Virus record (IMG/VR): IMGVR_UViG_3300036951_000320
Coordinates: 1-64,000 of that record
Strand: one strand, 5' to 3'
Length of the DNA: 64,000 nucleotides
Origin: a virus
Lineage: Duplodnaviria; Caudoviricetes
Positions 27,249 to 37,355 of this stretch are shown piece by piece (position 1 is the first letter of the stretch; each line of letters starts with the position of its first letter). Below the pieces are notes generated by a model that did no database searches, was not told the DNA's origin, and saw only the letters and a program-made list of their open reading frames with translations. The position numbers and the translations under genes are program-made.

Positions 27249-27899
27249 ATGGCGATCAAAATTCTTTTGAACACAACGCGGATGGGTTCAACGGTGTGCA
27301 ATGCTGGAACATCGTTCAACACCGAAACAGAAGCAGAGATCATAACCAAGTTGGAATCTTCCGGCGGGCGACTCGTTGACCCGACGCCGGAGATTGTGAC
27401 GGCGGCTGCGATCGCTGTCATGCGACGGATGCGTGGCGATGATGAAGCATCGATCAATGCGGGGATAATCGCGGTAGCAGGTAGTGAAAAAGGATCGGAT
27501 GACGGATTGATTCAAAGACGTTCGGTGACGATCACCGTTTCCGATTTGACGGAGGCGGTTGACGGGGCCCCGCAACAATTCAACGTTGGCAATGTTCTTC
27601 CGGTGAACGCTCGAATAATTGGGCGTTCGCTTCGTGACGTGACACCGTTCACCGGCGGAGGTGCAACCGAGGTGCTTCTTGACGTAGGCGGAACGGACCC
27701 CGATGCAATCATTGCGGGGGAAGATTTGCTTGCGGGAGGAACCAACGAACGCGAAGGGGCGGCGGGTGTAAACCCGACGGGTGGGCTTTATGGTGGGCAA
27801 CAAATAACGGCAACCTTCACACCGGACGTTACACATAACCTTGCGGATTTGACAGCGGGTGCGGTGACAATCGATGTTCTTTTCGTGGTGGTGTCATGA
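27249..27899 (+). CDS. Putative capsid decoration/cement-like protein
   Basis: C-terminal LPVNARII...PFTGGG...LDVG beta-sandwich pattern. Confidence 0.45.
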   Translation: MAIKILLNTTRMGSTVCNAGTSFNTETEAEIITKLESSGGRLVDPTPEIVTAAAIAVMRRMRGDDEASINAGIIAVAGSEKGSDDGLIQRRSVTITVSDLTEAVDGAPQQFNVGNVLPVNARIIGRSLRDVTPFTGGGATEVLLDVGGTDPDAIIAGEDLLAGGTNEREGAAGVNPTGGLYGGQQITATFTPDVTHNLADLTAGAVTIDVLFVVVS

Positions 27900-27976
27900 G
27901 AACCGAACCGCTTCCTTCAATGAATGACGGGGCGTGTTGCGTGCGTAACGATGCGCAAGCATGATAGGTTGTCAGC

Positions 27977-28615
27977 ATGGCGAATGCATTCATTCAAGGC
28001 GCTCCGGTGCGGCCCATCGTATATGTTGAATCACCTACGGATCTACGCCCGGTTGAACCTTCAAATCTTTTCGCCCCATGGATGCTTGCGTTCGTGTGGA
28101 CCGTAAAAGATTTTTTCGCATGGAATCCTGTTTCAACGGATGCGGATGATGGTGTGTCGGTGATCAAACCGAACGACGTTGCGGCGATGGATCCGGGAAG
28201 ATGGGTTCGATTAGGCGGCGGAGGTGGTTACATGGCGGTTGAAACCTACTTGTTTAGACTTGAAGGACCATTCGCGGGTGCGGCTGTACCGGGCACGTTC
28301 GATGGTCCGATGCTCGTGATCTCCGCGCGAACGATCGCGAACGTGTGGCTTTTACGTCGCAAGCATGGTGGTTCCGGAACAACGCGAATCACCGTTAGGA
28401 TCAACCATACGAATTTGTTTTCATCACCGGCGAATGAACCGCAAGTCACGACTGCAATGGGAGATTATGCCGTGGTGTCTTCGAACGTGTTCAATCCGGG
28501 TGTCGAAAATCTTTCATCGGGTGACGTGGTGGAAGTGTTCCTTCAAGAAGTCGAAACGGATAATCCACCGGATACTCCGGAAGGATTGTGCGTGATAATT
28601 GAATTTGCCCCATGA
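27977..28615 (+). CDS. Virion protein with tailspike-type N-terminal module
   Basis: WNPVSTDADDGVSVIKP...GRWVRL motif. Confidence 0.5.
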   Translation: MANAFIQGAPVRPIVYVESPTDLRPVEPSNLFAPWMLAFVWTVKDFFAWNPVSTDADDGVSVIKPNDVAAMDPGRWVRLGGGGGYMAVETYLFRLEGPFAGAAVPGTFDGPMLVISARTIANVWLLRRKHGGSGTTRITVRINHTNLFSSPANEPQVTTAMGDYAVVSSNVFNPGVENLSSGDVVEVFLQEVETDNPPDTPEGLCVIIEFAP

Positions 28616-28631
28616 GGGCAGGGAGAATGAT

Positions 28632-29498
28632 ATGGCTACGATTTATCCTCCGAACAATCGCAACCGTCTTGGGCCCCGTGTTGCCCTTGAATGGGGACCA
28701 TTAACATCGGCGAAAATAGATGGATGGGCTTCGGACTTTTCGGCAATTGTAGGGGGGGAAACGATCGATATTGGAGTAGGTGCAGGCGTACCTTCCACGA
28801 TCACAATGCAAGCGGGTGATGATTCGGCGGCGGCGGTGGCGGCACGAATCAATGTGACCTACCCCGGGTTGGCAACAACGAAGGATGGAGGAAAACGACT
28901 TCGCCTTGAACATGCAACGCGTGTTCGTGTTACGGCAGACCCGGCATTCGATATGATAGGACTTCCGATTGAGGATCGCGATGTAGCGGCTTTGGCATCG
29001 GAAAGCTATGTTGTGCCGATTGTGTTTGCATTCGATCGATTTGCGGAGGTGTGTTCATCAGCGATCGAAATCCCGATTGAAGCGAATCGCATAGGTTTAT
29101 GGGTTGGGGTTGAAGGCCGTGATACGACAACGCACAACCGATGGGGGATTCAATTTCACGCAATGTGGAGCAATGGCGACGAAGGGGAGCCGCCCTATAC
29201 AACGGCAATCGGAACGAATGAAACGATCGCCGATCCGTCACCGATTTACCCATCGGGTGATGAAGCTGTAGGTGCAATTACATTGTTGCATTCGAATTCG
29301 TTCATACTCGTTGGCTCGGTTGAAGGGTTCAAATTCGTTCGCTACATGGAATACGAAGTGCCGATCGGCGCAAAGCGAATGCGTCTATTCACAACGGGAG
29401 CGGCAAGCACGGAAGCCAACCCTTATACGACAACGAACCCCCCTCCCCTCATAGCTCCGGCCCTATCGTGTGCGGCATTCGTGGGGGTGCGATCATGA
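28632..29498 (+). CDS. Hypothetical virion-associated protein
   Basis: 288 aa; RBS GGGAG. Confidence 0.65.
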   Translation: MATIYPPNNRNRLGPRVALEWGPLTSAKIDGWASDFSAIVGGETIDIGVGAGVPSTITMQAGDDSAAAVAARINVTYPGLATTKDGGKRLRLEHATRVRVTADPAFDMIGLPIEDRDVAALASESYVVPIVFAFDRFAEVCSSAIEIPIEANRIGLWVGVEGRDTTTHNRWGIQFHAMWSNGDEGEPPYTTAIGTNETIADPSPIYPSGDEAVGAITLLHSNSFILVGSVEGFKFVRYMEYEVPIGAKRMRLFTTGAASTEANPYTTTNPPPLIAPALSCAAFVGVRS

Positions 29499-29992
29499 TA
29501 CCCCTTGACAACGTGATCCGTGTTCGTGGGAGGTGGTCGCGTGCGGGGGATGGTCCACAACCGAGAAACGTAGGTGATTATACGTCGGCAGACTTCAATT
29601 CGCCCGAATATGAAGACTGCATCATACGTCACAATGACGGGGTGGACACGGGCTATATTGTTCAACGGAGCGGGCTTTATCTCGTATCCGCAACGCTCAT
29701 GTTAGATCATGATTCGGCCCTAGATCCGGTGACGATCCGTTTCGTGGATGTAGAACAACCGGACCCGGTGCTTCGTCGATGGACAATTTTTCCGCTTGTC
29801 AAAAATTATGTTTCGTGCGCCGTTTCAGCGGTGCTTCCGATTGAGACAAACTGTAGATTGAAGGTTCAATGGGATGGTGCGAATGAGCTAGTTTCTCGTG
29901 ACTTTTACGGGCAGGATGTTTCATGGTTAGAGATCACACGATTAGGATCCGTTTGGTTCAAGTCTTCTAAAGTTAGTATGTTAATAGAATGA
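29495..29992 (+). CDS. C1q-like beta-sandwich protein
   Basis: GYIVQRSGLYLVSA...VSAVLPI...LKVQ. Confidence 0.45.
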   Translation: MIPLDNVIRVRGRWSRAGDGPQPRNVGDYTSADFNSPEYEDCIIRHNDGVDTGYIVQRSGLYLVSATLMLDHDSALDPVTIRFVDVEQPDPVLRRWTIFPLVKNYVSCAVSAVLPIETNCRLKVQWDGANELVSRDFYGQDVSWLEITRLGSVWFKSSKVSMLIE

Positions 29993-30258
29993 ACCCCCTC
30001 CGTGAATTCATCGCAACGATCCTTGTGCAAATCGGAATGTGGTGCGTGAGCATTGCTTCCATGATTGACGGCGGCGATGAAGACACGAGCAAATCGTTTG
30101 ACAACGATTTGCAAGATGCGTTCGCGCAATCACCGATCACGGCGGAGGCGGCGGAACTACTCGCGCCTCCGATCGCGCGCAAGCGGACGAAGAAAGCGGT
30201 TGACAAGCCGTTGCGTGGAAGCATTCGCGCGAGGCGGGAGAAAGCGACGATACTATGA
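29989..30258 (+). CDS. Hypothetical protein
   Basis: 89 aa, coupled to portal. Confidence 0.55.
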   Translation: MNPLREFIATILVQIGMWCVSIASMIDGGDEDTSKSFDNDLQDAFAQSPITAEAAELLAPPIARKRTKKAVDKPLRGSIRARREKATIL

Positions 30259-32447
30259 CGGCTTCGAAATCGTCGGTTCACTTTGAAGGAATCGCAATGC
30301 TACCTAGTTCGTTCGGGCTTGATCATACAACGATGGGGCCGGAACTAGGCGCAACCCGAATTTGGTCTTCCCCTCGAAGATCAATCCTCGAATTTCGGGA
30401 GCGCTTCTATCGTTGCACGCAACATGATCACAAGACGTTTGACTTCAACGGGCGCGTGATACCGGCGGGAGGCATCACGGGTTCGCAGCCGCTTTTGACT
30501 TCTCTTCAATCTCCGGTCTTCGTTCCGCTCGATCAACGGCGACCGTCGAACCCCTATCGGCTCGCGAGGGTGGTCGTTCAAGAATTTACGGGGCTCGTGT
30601 TCGGTCATGATCGATGGCCGGTGATCCGGGACGTGGACCCCGAAACGCAAGACTTCGCCGACTCGCTTGTGAAGGCTTCGCATCTTCGATCGGTCATGCT
30701 TCGAGCGCGAAACCTTGGCGGGAGTGTGGGAACCGTGGGCTTGTCGTGGGCGTTCATCGAAGGCAAACCTCGTGTGCGTGTTCACAATGGGAAAAATCTT
30801 CATGTCCACAAATGGCGTGATCGTGATGCGCTGATTCCCGATCATGTGATGGAGCTTTATCAAACCCCCCGTGATGAATGGGATCCTGAAAAGCGAACGA
30901 TTGTGCGGCGGTGGTATTGGTTCCGACGCGACTGGACCCCCGTCGCTGACGTGAGGTTTCATGAAGTCGAAGTCACGAAGAACGAGCCGATTTGGCGGAT
31001 CGATGAAGAGGCAACCATTGTTCATGGTGACGGGTTCACACATTTCGTTTGGGTTCAAAACCTCCCCGATGAAGATGAAACTTCGATCGATGGACAACCG
31101 GACTATGCGGAGCTTTACGAACAAGCGAACGAGCTAGACACGTTGAATAGTGTCGTTTCACGCGGCGCAAAATTGAACCTTGATCCAACACTTGTGTTGA
31201 AGATGGATCGAGCATTGATTGACAGATTTGGAGTGAGAAAGGGGTCGGAAAATGCGCTTGCGGTTGGGGAAAGCGGCGATGCAAACTACCTCGAATTAGC
31301 AGGCACAAGCATCACTGCCGGGGTCGATTTGTTCAAGCAACAAAGGGGGCTTGCTCTTGAAGTCGCGCAATGCGTGATTCCGGACCCGAACACGATAACG
31401 GCGGCGGGAACGTCATCCGTCGCGTTGAAGGTGATCTACGCTCCGATGCTCGGGAAAGCGACCATGCTTCGGACACAATATGGATCGGCAATTGAGCGCT
31501 TGCTTGAACAAATGATTGCGAGTGCAAAGGCGATATATTCGATCACGGAAACGGTGATCGAAACGGATGAACAAGGGAATAAGGTTGAAAGCGAAGTTTC
31601 CTATGGGCTTTCACTTCCTCCCCGCATCATTCGCGAACCCATCTTTGATGAAGATGGGCGACCTACCGGAAAAGAAACCGTAAAGGTTGAAGAGCGAACC
31701 CCTGGCAACGGAGGGGATCTTGATCTCGAATGGGATGATTTTTTCGCGCCGACGGCAAACGATCGTCTTCAAGCTGTTCAAACCGTAACGACAGCAACGG
31801 TGGGAAAGCCGGTGTTGTCGCAACGTGGGGGCGCAATGCTTGTGTCTGCAATGTTCGGGCTCGATGCTACTTCGGAGATTGTGGCGCTTGAAGCCGCTGA
31901 ACGCGCAAAGCTTGCGGCGCAAGATTCAATGTTTTACGGAACGGGTGGTGATATTTCGACAGATCACGAACTAGCAGAGGTGGCAAGGGCGGCGGGGCAA
32001 CGTTCGTTCGATGCGGAACACGAGCCTTCGATCGATGAAGAAGAGCACGAGCCTTCGATCGATGAAGAAGAGCATGAGCCTTCGATCGATGAAGGACGTG
32101 TGCTTGTTTCTGGTAAGACCGCGGTAGAGCTTACCAGCACGGACCTTGCTTCGATCGTGACGGTGAATGAAGGAAGACGGGGGGCGGGGTTAGGCCCCCT
32201 CATGCGTTCCGATGGAACGATTGATCCCGACGGCAATTTGACGATCAAGGAATTCCAAGCGAAGCGTGAGGCGAAGGGCGCAACGGAAGGGGACTATGCG
32301 GCGAAGCGTGCGGCGGGGGTCCCGCTTGTGGACCCCCCGAAGGTTTCCGTTGTGCAAGGTGCGAAGCCGGGGGCTTCAAATACACCGAACACAATAGGTG
32401 TTCCTTCCAAGGATACGAAGCCCCCGGGGGTCAAGGGTGAATCATGA
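30255..32447 (+). CDS. Portal protein (SPP1 gp6-like)
   Basis: 730 aa at the start of the head module; SSVALKVIYAPMLGKA...YGSAIERLL segment. Confidence 0.75.
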   Translation: MTASKSSVHFEGIAMLPSSFGLDHTTMGPELGATRIWSSPRRSILEFRERFYRCTQHDHKTFDFNGRVIPAGGITGSQPLLTSLQSPVFVPLDQRRPSNPYRLARVVVQEFTGLVFGHDRWPVIRDVDPETQDFADSLVKASHLRSVMLRARNLGGSVGTVGLSWAFIEGKPRVRVHNGKNLHVHKWRDRDALIPDHVMELYQTPRDEWDPEKRTIVRRWYWFRRDWTPVADVRFHEVEVTKNEPIWRIDEEATIVHGDGFTHFVWVQNLPDEDETSIDGQPDYAELYEQANELDTLNSVVSRGAKLNLDPTLVLKMDRALIDRFGVRKGSENALAVGESGDANYLELAGTSITAGVDLFKQQRGLALEVAQCVIPDPNTITAAGTSSVALKVIYAPMLGKATMLRTQYGSAIERLLEQMIASAKAIYSITETVIETDEQGNKVESEVSYGLSLPPRIIREPIFDEDGRPTGKETVKVEERTPGNGGDLDLEWDDFFAPTANDRLQAVQTVTTATVGKPVLSQRGGAMLVSAMFGLDATSEIVALEAAERAKLAAQDSMFYGTGGDISTDHELAEVARAAGQRSFDAEHEPSIDEEEHEPSIDEEEHEPSIDEGRVLVSGKTAVELTSTDLASIVTVNEGRRGAGLGPLMRSDGTIDPDGNLTIKEFQAKREAKGATEGDYAAKRAAGVPLVDPPKVSVVQGAKPGASNTPNTIGVPSKDTKPPGVKGES
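32016..32093 (+). repeat. 27-bp tandem repeat encoding (EHEPSIDEE) x3 in the portal tail
   Basis: GAGCCTTCGATCGATGAA repeated three times. Confidence 0.9.
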
Positions 32448-32746
32448 GTGATGATCTTTTGACATGGGCAACGAAGGCAAAGAACGGCATCCATCCAATT
32501 AAGGCGAAGCCATCGTTCGGTGTAACGTCGGATGACTTATCATGGATCGATCCGATTTATCGGGATCAAATCCGAGGATGGGGAACGGCAAAGCGGGTCC
32601 CCGGAAATCCGCCGGCATGGGTTGCTTCCCCCTCGATCTGGAATAGGGCAAGGGAGGCGGTCGAAAAGGGCCATTGGGAAAGATATGATGAACCATGGGC
32701 GGTTGTGGCTCATGTATATCGGAACATGGGCGGCGGGGTGAAGTGA
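32444..32746 (+). CDS. Hypothetical protein (ChaB-like helical motif)
   Basis: WNRAREAV...EPWAVVAHVYRNMGG. Confidence 0.5.
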   Translation: MSDDLLTWATKAKNGIHPIKAKPSFGVTSDDLSWIDPIYRDQIRGWGTAKRVPGNPPAWVASPSIWNRAREAVEKGHWERYDEPWAVVAHVYRNMGGGVK

Positions 32747-32765
32747 CGGAAACACGTGTTTCCGT
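32746..32765. promoter_or_regulatory. 20-bp palindrome copy 4
   Basis: Exact copy; overlaps the stop at 32746, 13 nt before the MuF ATG. Confidence 0.9.
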
Positions 32766-32778
32766 GGCGGGGTGAGCC

Positions 32779-35403
32779 ATGGCGCGAAATCCGGCGGACC
32801 TTTTGCGGGAGAACGTTGTTCGCGCTTCCGCGTGGGTGAAGGGCGAAGGGCCCGGCGAAGCCCCCATGCGCCGGCTTCACGAGATCATGACGCGCGCTTC
32901 GGCGGATCTTGAAAGCCGGCTCCGGGAAGCCGAAGGGCTCGGGGGGCCCGGTGCGGGGAGCTTCACGGCAACGCAAATGCGCGTGACCCTGAACCAGATC
33001 GAAGACGTGCTTCGGTCGATCCGTCCGATGCTTTCGAGCACGGTGGTTAGCTCCGCCTCTTCGGTGGCGACGGCAAGCACGAAGGAAACGATCGCCTACC
33101 TTGAAGCGGCGGAGCGCTCGTTCAAGGGGTCCGCGCAAGGGCTCATGCTGAACGAGGCGGCGATCATGGATCGCGTTTCGAGCGGGATGGAGGCAAGCGT
33201 GCTTCGGCGCCTCGCGACAAGCGGCGAACCGCAATCGTCGCTTGCTGAACCGCACCTCGGCAAGCTCGGGATCCTTGATCGGTACGGCTTGAACGTGGTG
33301 GGCAAGTTTGAAGAAATCATGCAACGGCGCTTCATCACACGGGCGCCATGGAATGACGTTCGTAACGAATTGATCGAGCAATCGCCGTTCCTTGTGGGGC
33401 GGCGCGCGGAAGAAGGCGCGGGGGTCGCAACCCGATGGGCGGAGCGGATACTTCGCACCGAAACGATGAACGCGCACAACCGCGCGGGGTGGCAGACGAT
33501 TGTTGAAGCGAACAAAACACTGAAGGACACAATCAAGATCCTTGTCGCGGTATTCGACAATCGCACGGCATCGGATAGTTATGCCGTCCATGGGCAGATA
33601 CGCTACCCCGAACAACCATTTGATTCGTGGTGGGGGAGTTACATGCACCCCCCGAACCGCCCGAACGATCGCGAAGTGGTGGTGCCTCATCGTATGTCGT
33701 GGCCCTTACCGAAAGAGCTTACGCCGAAAAGTGACTCCGAAGTGTTCGCAAGGTGGAAATTGGAGAAGCGTAGAGGTTCCCCCCCTGCACGTCCGGCGAT
33801 GGAACCCCCCGGGTTTTCACGCGACGAGATCGGCAAGGCGCCTCCGCCTCCGCCGATCTCGCAACCGGGCTTCGATGAAGAAGCCCCGAGCGTGACGATC
33901 GACGGGGAGCGGTTGCCCCGGCTCGGAAAAGGGATGGAGTGGGGCGACGCGAGCCCGATCGGGTATGACGACATTTCGGGGGATAAGCCCAAAGGGCTCG
34001 GGCTTGTGCCATGGAAGATCGTCGAAGGCTTCGATATGGGCGGGAGCGCGCGACAGAATCGCGCGATGCGGACGCTTCAACACTTACGCGGAGGCTCGTT
34101 CGCTTCGGGCTTTGGGCCCCTGGAATCGCTCGGCTTCGACGTTCTGAAGCCTCGCACGCTGGCGAAGATCAAGGGGGAAATCGAGCAACGGGTTTCGATC
34201 AGCGCGACAACCGATCGCTACAATCTTGAATCCTTGTTGAGCGACCCCTCTTCCGGTGTGACGCGTCAACGCGTGCGACTTGATCGCCTTTCGTTCACGC
34301 GGAGCGACTTCGATTTGTTCGAAGCGCGGAATCATATCCGCGCGGCGGAGGTGGGCGGGTTTCAAACAACGGGCGCCGGCGTGGTGACGGTGAAGCACAA
34401 CGGAAAAATTTATGTGCTCCAGGGGGGGTCACGCATTGCGGCGCAACGCTTGCTTGGGCAATTCGAAGACGAAGTGATAGTGATCGACTTGGATCACCGA
34501 AGCCCGAAGCCTAAGACGAATGCGCAATTTGTCGAAGCGCTCCCGGACGGTGTTGACTCCCCGGAGAAGCGCGCGACGTTTCGCTCTTCGTTCCGTGACT
34601 GGTACGCAAACGACGGGATTCAATCGCGCGACGTTGCGGCGTTGCGTACCGGAATGGGAGCGCTCGAAATCAAGCAGCTCCCGCCCGGAATCGCCGGCTA
34701 CCATTTGTGGGACGGAACGATCCAGATCGAACAATTTGGCGACACGGAAGCAAAACTTGAACGTGCCATTGCGGCGGTGAAGAAGGGGCAGCGGACGGCT
34801 TCACCTGATCTTGCAACGATGTTCCACGAAGAATCCCACGGCTTCTCACCATGCGGATTTGGCGCTTATCGCGGCTCGGGCGTGGGGCTTGAAGAGGCGA
34901 CTACGGAGCTTTATGCGCGGCGGAAGTGGCGGGAGCTTTTCAGCGTCAAGCAACCACGTCACGAGCAGACATTCGAAGAAGATCCGAGCTTGAGCGTGGT
35001 GGAACGATCGCGGAGGCGTGCGACGGCGGAGCAAGCGGATCGATCGGCGCCTTTCGAAGACCGCATAGGGTTTCGCCCGGTGCATGATGCGGGAACGTGG
35101 GTTGACAATTCGGTGGGGCCATATCGCGAATATATCGCGGCCCTGTATGACTTTACGCACAAGCACACGGGGCTCCATCCCGACGCGATCCCCGACGTGA
35201 TCGATCGGGCGATCGTTCGCATGCGGCAGGGTACGGCGATCGCTTCAACGCCGGAAGACTTGATCCACATGTACGTTGACGCGCTTGATGGGATCAAGGT
35301 GGACGTGCGAGGCAAGCCGGTGAAGGTGAAGCTTGGCGAGGCGAAGCGAACCGCCATGGAGCAAGCTATGCTAAACGACACACGATTTCAGTCGAAGCCG
35401 TGA
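32779..35403 (+). CDS. MuF/SPP1 gp7 head morphogenesis protein with C-terminal extension (ParB-like and HExxH metallopeptidase)
   Basis: RILRTE...DNRT...HPPNRPNDR MuF core; FHEESHG...EEATTE zincin motif. Confidence 0.8.
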   Translation: MARNPADLLRENVVRASAWVKGEGPGEAPMRRLHEIMTRASADLESRLREAEGLGGPGAGSFTATQMRVTLNQIEDVLRSIRPMLSSTVVSSASSVATASTKETIAYLEAAERSFKGSAQGLMLNEAAIMDRVSSGMEASVLRRLATSGEPQSSLAEPHLGKLGILDRYGLNVVGKFEEIMQRRFITRAPWNDVRNELIEQSPFLVGRRAEEGAGVATRWAERILRTETMNAHNRAGWQTIVEANKTLKDTIKILVAVFDNRTASDSYAVHGQIRYPEQPFDSWWGSYMHPPNRPNDREVVVPHRMSWPLPKELTPKSDSEVFARWKLEKRRGSPPARPAMEPPGFSRDEIGKAPPPPPISQPGFDEEAPSVTIDGERLPRLGKGMEWGDASPIGYDDISGDKPKGLGLVPWKIVEGFDMGGSARQNRAMRTLQHLRGGSFASGFGPLESLGFDVLKPRTLAKIKGEIEQRVSISATTDRYNLESLLSDPSSGVTRQRVRLDRLSFTRSDFDLFEARNHIRAAEVGGFQTTGAGVVTVKHNGKIYVLQGGSRIAAQRLLGQFEDEVIVIDLDHRSPKPKTNAQFVEALPDGVDSPEKRATFRSSFRDWYANDGIQSRDVAALRTGMGALEIKQLPPGIAGYHLWDGTIQIEQFGDTEAKLERAIAAVKKGQRTASPDLATMFHEESHGFSPCGFGAYRGSGVGLEEATTELYARRKWRELFSVKQPRHEQTFEEDPSLSVVERSRRRATAEQADRSAPFEDRIGFRPVHDAGTWVDNSVGPYREYIAALYDFTHKHTGLHPDAIPDVIDRAIVRMRQGTAIASTPEDLIHMYVDALDGIKVDVRGKPVKVKLGEAKRTAMEQAMLNDTRFQSKP

Positions 35404-35421
35404 TCGCAGTATGATGGAAGC

Positions 35422-35628
35422 ATGAGCCCCCTTCGTTCCCTTCCCGTGGTGGTGTCGATCGACGAAACGATCGAAGCCTACGAAGCCCTGCTTCGCAAGT
35501 ATGACGGCTCCCCCCCTACGGAGCTAGTTGTGCCTCTTGTGCGCCAGCATGGCGTAGATGAAGCGATCGTGATCGAACGCATGCGCGAGGCGGCGGAGCG
35601 GCTTGGATACGGCAAGCGGCGCCCTTGA
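35422..35628 (+). CDS. Small protein, candidate immunity partner
   Basis: 68 aa directly after the MuF fusion, with its own TATGAT-6nt-ATG. Confidence 0.55.
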   Translation: MSPLRSLPVVVSIDETIEAYEALLRKYDGSPPTELVVPLVRQHGVDEAIVIERMREAAERLGYGKRRP

Positions 35629-35677
35629 CGCGCCCCCTCGTTGCTCCCCTTGATCCGTGCGTGCTACCCTTCGATGC

Positions 35678-35857
35678 ATGGGAAAGCCTTTCAAGATTGT
35701 TGACACGCCCCCCTCCATTTACACTTCCGACGTGAGAACCCCCGATCATCCTGTCGATGATTCGACCACGCGGGAAGATGGGATCATGGAAGAGAAACCA
35801 TGGAAACCATCGGGGCCGGTGAATGATGCGAACAAACCACCGATGCGCTTCGATTGA
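35678..35857 (+). CDS. Small hypothetical protein
   Basis: 59 aa; TGCTACCCT 7 nt upstream of ATG. Confidence 0.55.
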   Translation: MGKPFKIVDTPPSIYTSDVRTPDHPVDDSTTREDGIMEEKPWKPSGPVNDANKPPMRFD

Positions 35858-35917
35858 TTCACGTTGCGTTGACGTGTGAGGCGATGAAGCGGTAGCCTTC
35901 AAAACGGAGAAAGAGAC

Positions 35918-36229
35918 ATGGCAAAATCGGGTGATGGAACAACGAATCCTTTCGGTGATGGTCGCGGTGGCGCTGGTAATGGCAAAGTTACACCGGCAAA
36001 TTTGATCGTGAATCCACGCGGTGGCGGTGGCAATGGTGTGACACCGCGTGTGCTCACTGCAACAAATTCGAACGATGAACAAGCATCGGGTGGCGACCCG
36101 ACAATGAATGCTGATTCGGTTGTGAGCGATGGGGTCGAACCCACGATTGATCCTCCGCAAGCGGAAGACATAGGCACACGAGCAATCGGACAGAATGCAA
36201 ACAAGCCGTTCAAGTTAGTAGAGGGTTAA
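35918..36229 (+). CDS. Gly/Asn-rich hypothetical protein
   Basis: 103 aa in the head module. Confidence 0.6.
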   Translation: MAKSGDGTTNPFGDGRGGAGNGKVTPANLIVNPRGGGGNGVTPRVLTATNSNDEQASGGDPTMNADSVVSDGVEPTIDPPQAEDIGTRAIGQNANKPFKLVEG

Positions 36230-36232
36230 GTC

Positions 36233-36640
36233 ATGGGGCAAGTACAGCTTCAAGGCGCGTTGATCGGTGGGCCCCCAAGCGGTGGTGAAGTTTTCCCGGC
36301 TGCGCTTTTCAACGTGCCGCTGAAGCTTCGCACGGACCCGAAGGGGTTCGGGGCAGCAACGGGAATTTTGCAACGCACGATCACGAGTGCGGTTGCGTAT
36401 GTTCAGCTTGCGGATGTGGGGGCGAATGGAACGGTGACGCAAGCAAACACGCTTTATCTGAAAAGCGCGGGTCCGATTGACGTTAGGCTTACGTGCGACG
36501 ATGGAGTAGGTGGCAACGTCGTGTCGGAATATCAGCAAGATGGAATGTCATTGCTTGAATTCTCCGACGTGAAATTTTTGAAGATGGTCGAGGTGCGCGG
36601 AAGCGCGCAAATTGAATTTTTTGCGAGCGGAACGCGATAA
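36233..36640 (+). CDS. Hypothetical structural protein
   Basis: 135 aa beta-rich, head module. Confidence 0.65.
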   Translation: MGQVQLQGALIGGPPSGGEVFPAALFNVPLKLRTDPKGFGAATGILQRTITSAVAYVQLADVGANGTVTQANTLYLKSAGPIDVRLTCDDGVGGNVVSEYQQDGMSLLEFSDVKFLKMVEVRGSAQIEFFASGTR

Positions 36641-36656
36641 TGGAGGAAGAAGAACC

Positions 36657-37319
36657 ATGGCAACAAAAGATGCTTTTGATAGGGCAAACCCGAACACGAT
36701 CGCGGATCTGTTTCGCAAGGCGAAGATCGGGAAAGTGCTTCGTGGTCAAATCCCGCAAGTGATTCGGGCAAACACTCCGGTTGCGGATGATGGGGTCGAT
36801 TCAACGTTGTTTGCATGTATGCTCCCGAATGATGCGAAGGCATCGGCGATTCTTCGTGCGTATGCGCGATCGGGCGTAGGCACGCCCGGTGAGCTAACGA
36901 TCGTTCTCCCGAACGTTGTTCCGGCTGCTTCGGAGATTGCCGTTGCCCCTAATGGTGACATTGTGACGCTTGCGGCGGACGCATGGGAAAGCCTTGACGT
37001 GACCTATGTTCCCGAACGTGGGGATGTGGTGGAATATACGGCAACGGTAGATTCGGATGCGATTGCGCTTCCTTCGCATATTACAGATCGCGGTGTCATT
37101 TATTTGTTGGACGCGCTAGTTACGACGGGCGCTCCGGCGGGTCGAAAAGAAATCGTCGCCCCCGGGACGGCACCGGCGGCGGGTCAAGCTGCACTCGATG
37201 ATGCGAAAGAGATTGTCAATTTTGCAGCGGGTGAAGCGACGGAAGCGACTTTGCGGTTGCTTATTGTTGCTGCTGACGATTTAGGATCGTTGCTCGAATC
37301 GGGTGAAACGACGATCTAA
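36657..37319 (+). CDS. Putative head decoration protein
   Basis: 220 aa Ala/Val-rich, RBS GGAGGA, upstream of scaffold. Confidence 0.5.
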   Translation: MATKDAFDRANPNTIADLFRKAKIGKVLRGQIPQVIRANTPVADDGVDSTLFACMLPNDAKASAILRAYARSGVGTPGELTIVLPNVVPAASEIAVAPNGDIVTLAADAWESLDVTYVPERGDVVEYTATVDSDAIALPSHITDRGVIYLLDALVTTGAPAGRKEIVAPGTAPAAGQAALDDAKEIVNFAAGEATEATLRLLIVAADDLGSLLESGETTI

Positions 37320-37355
37320 CGATGAACCGTGCGGGAGGCACGGGGAGGAATAACA

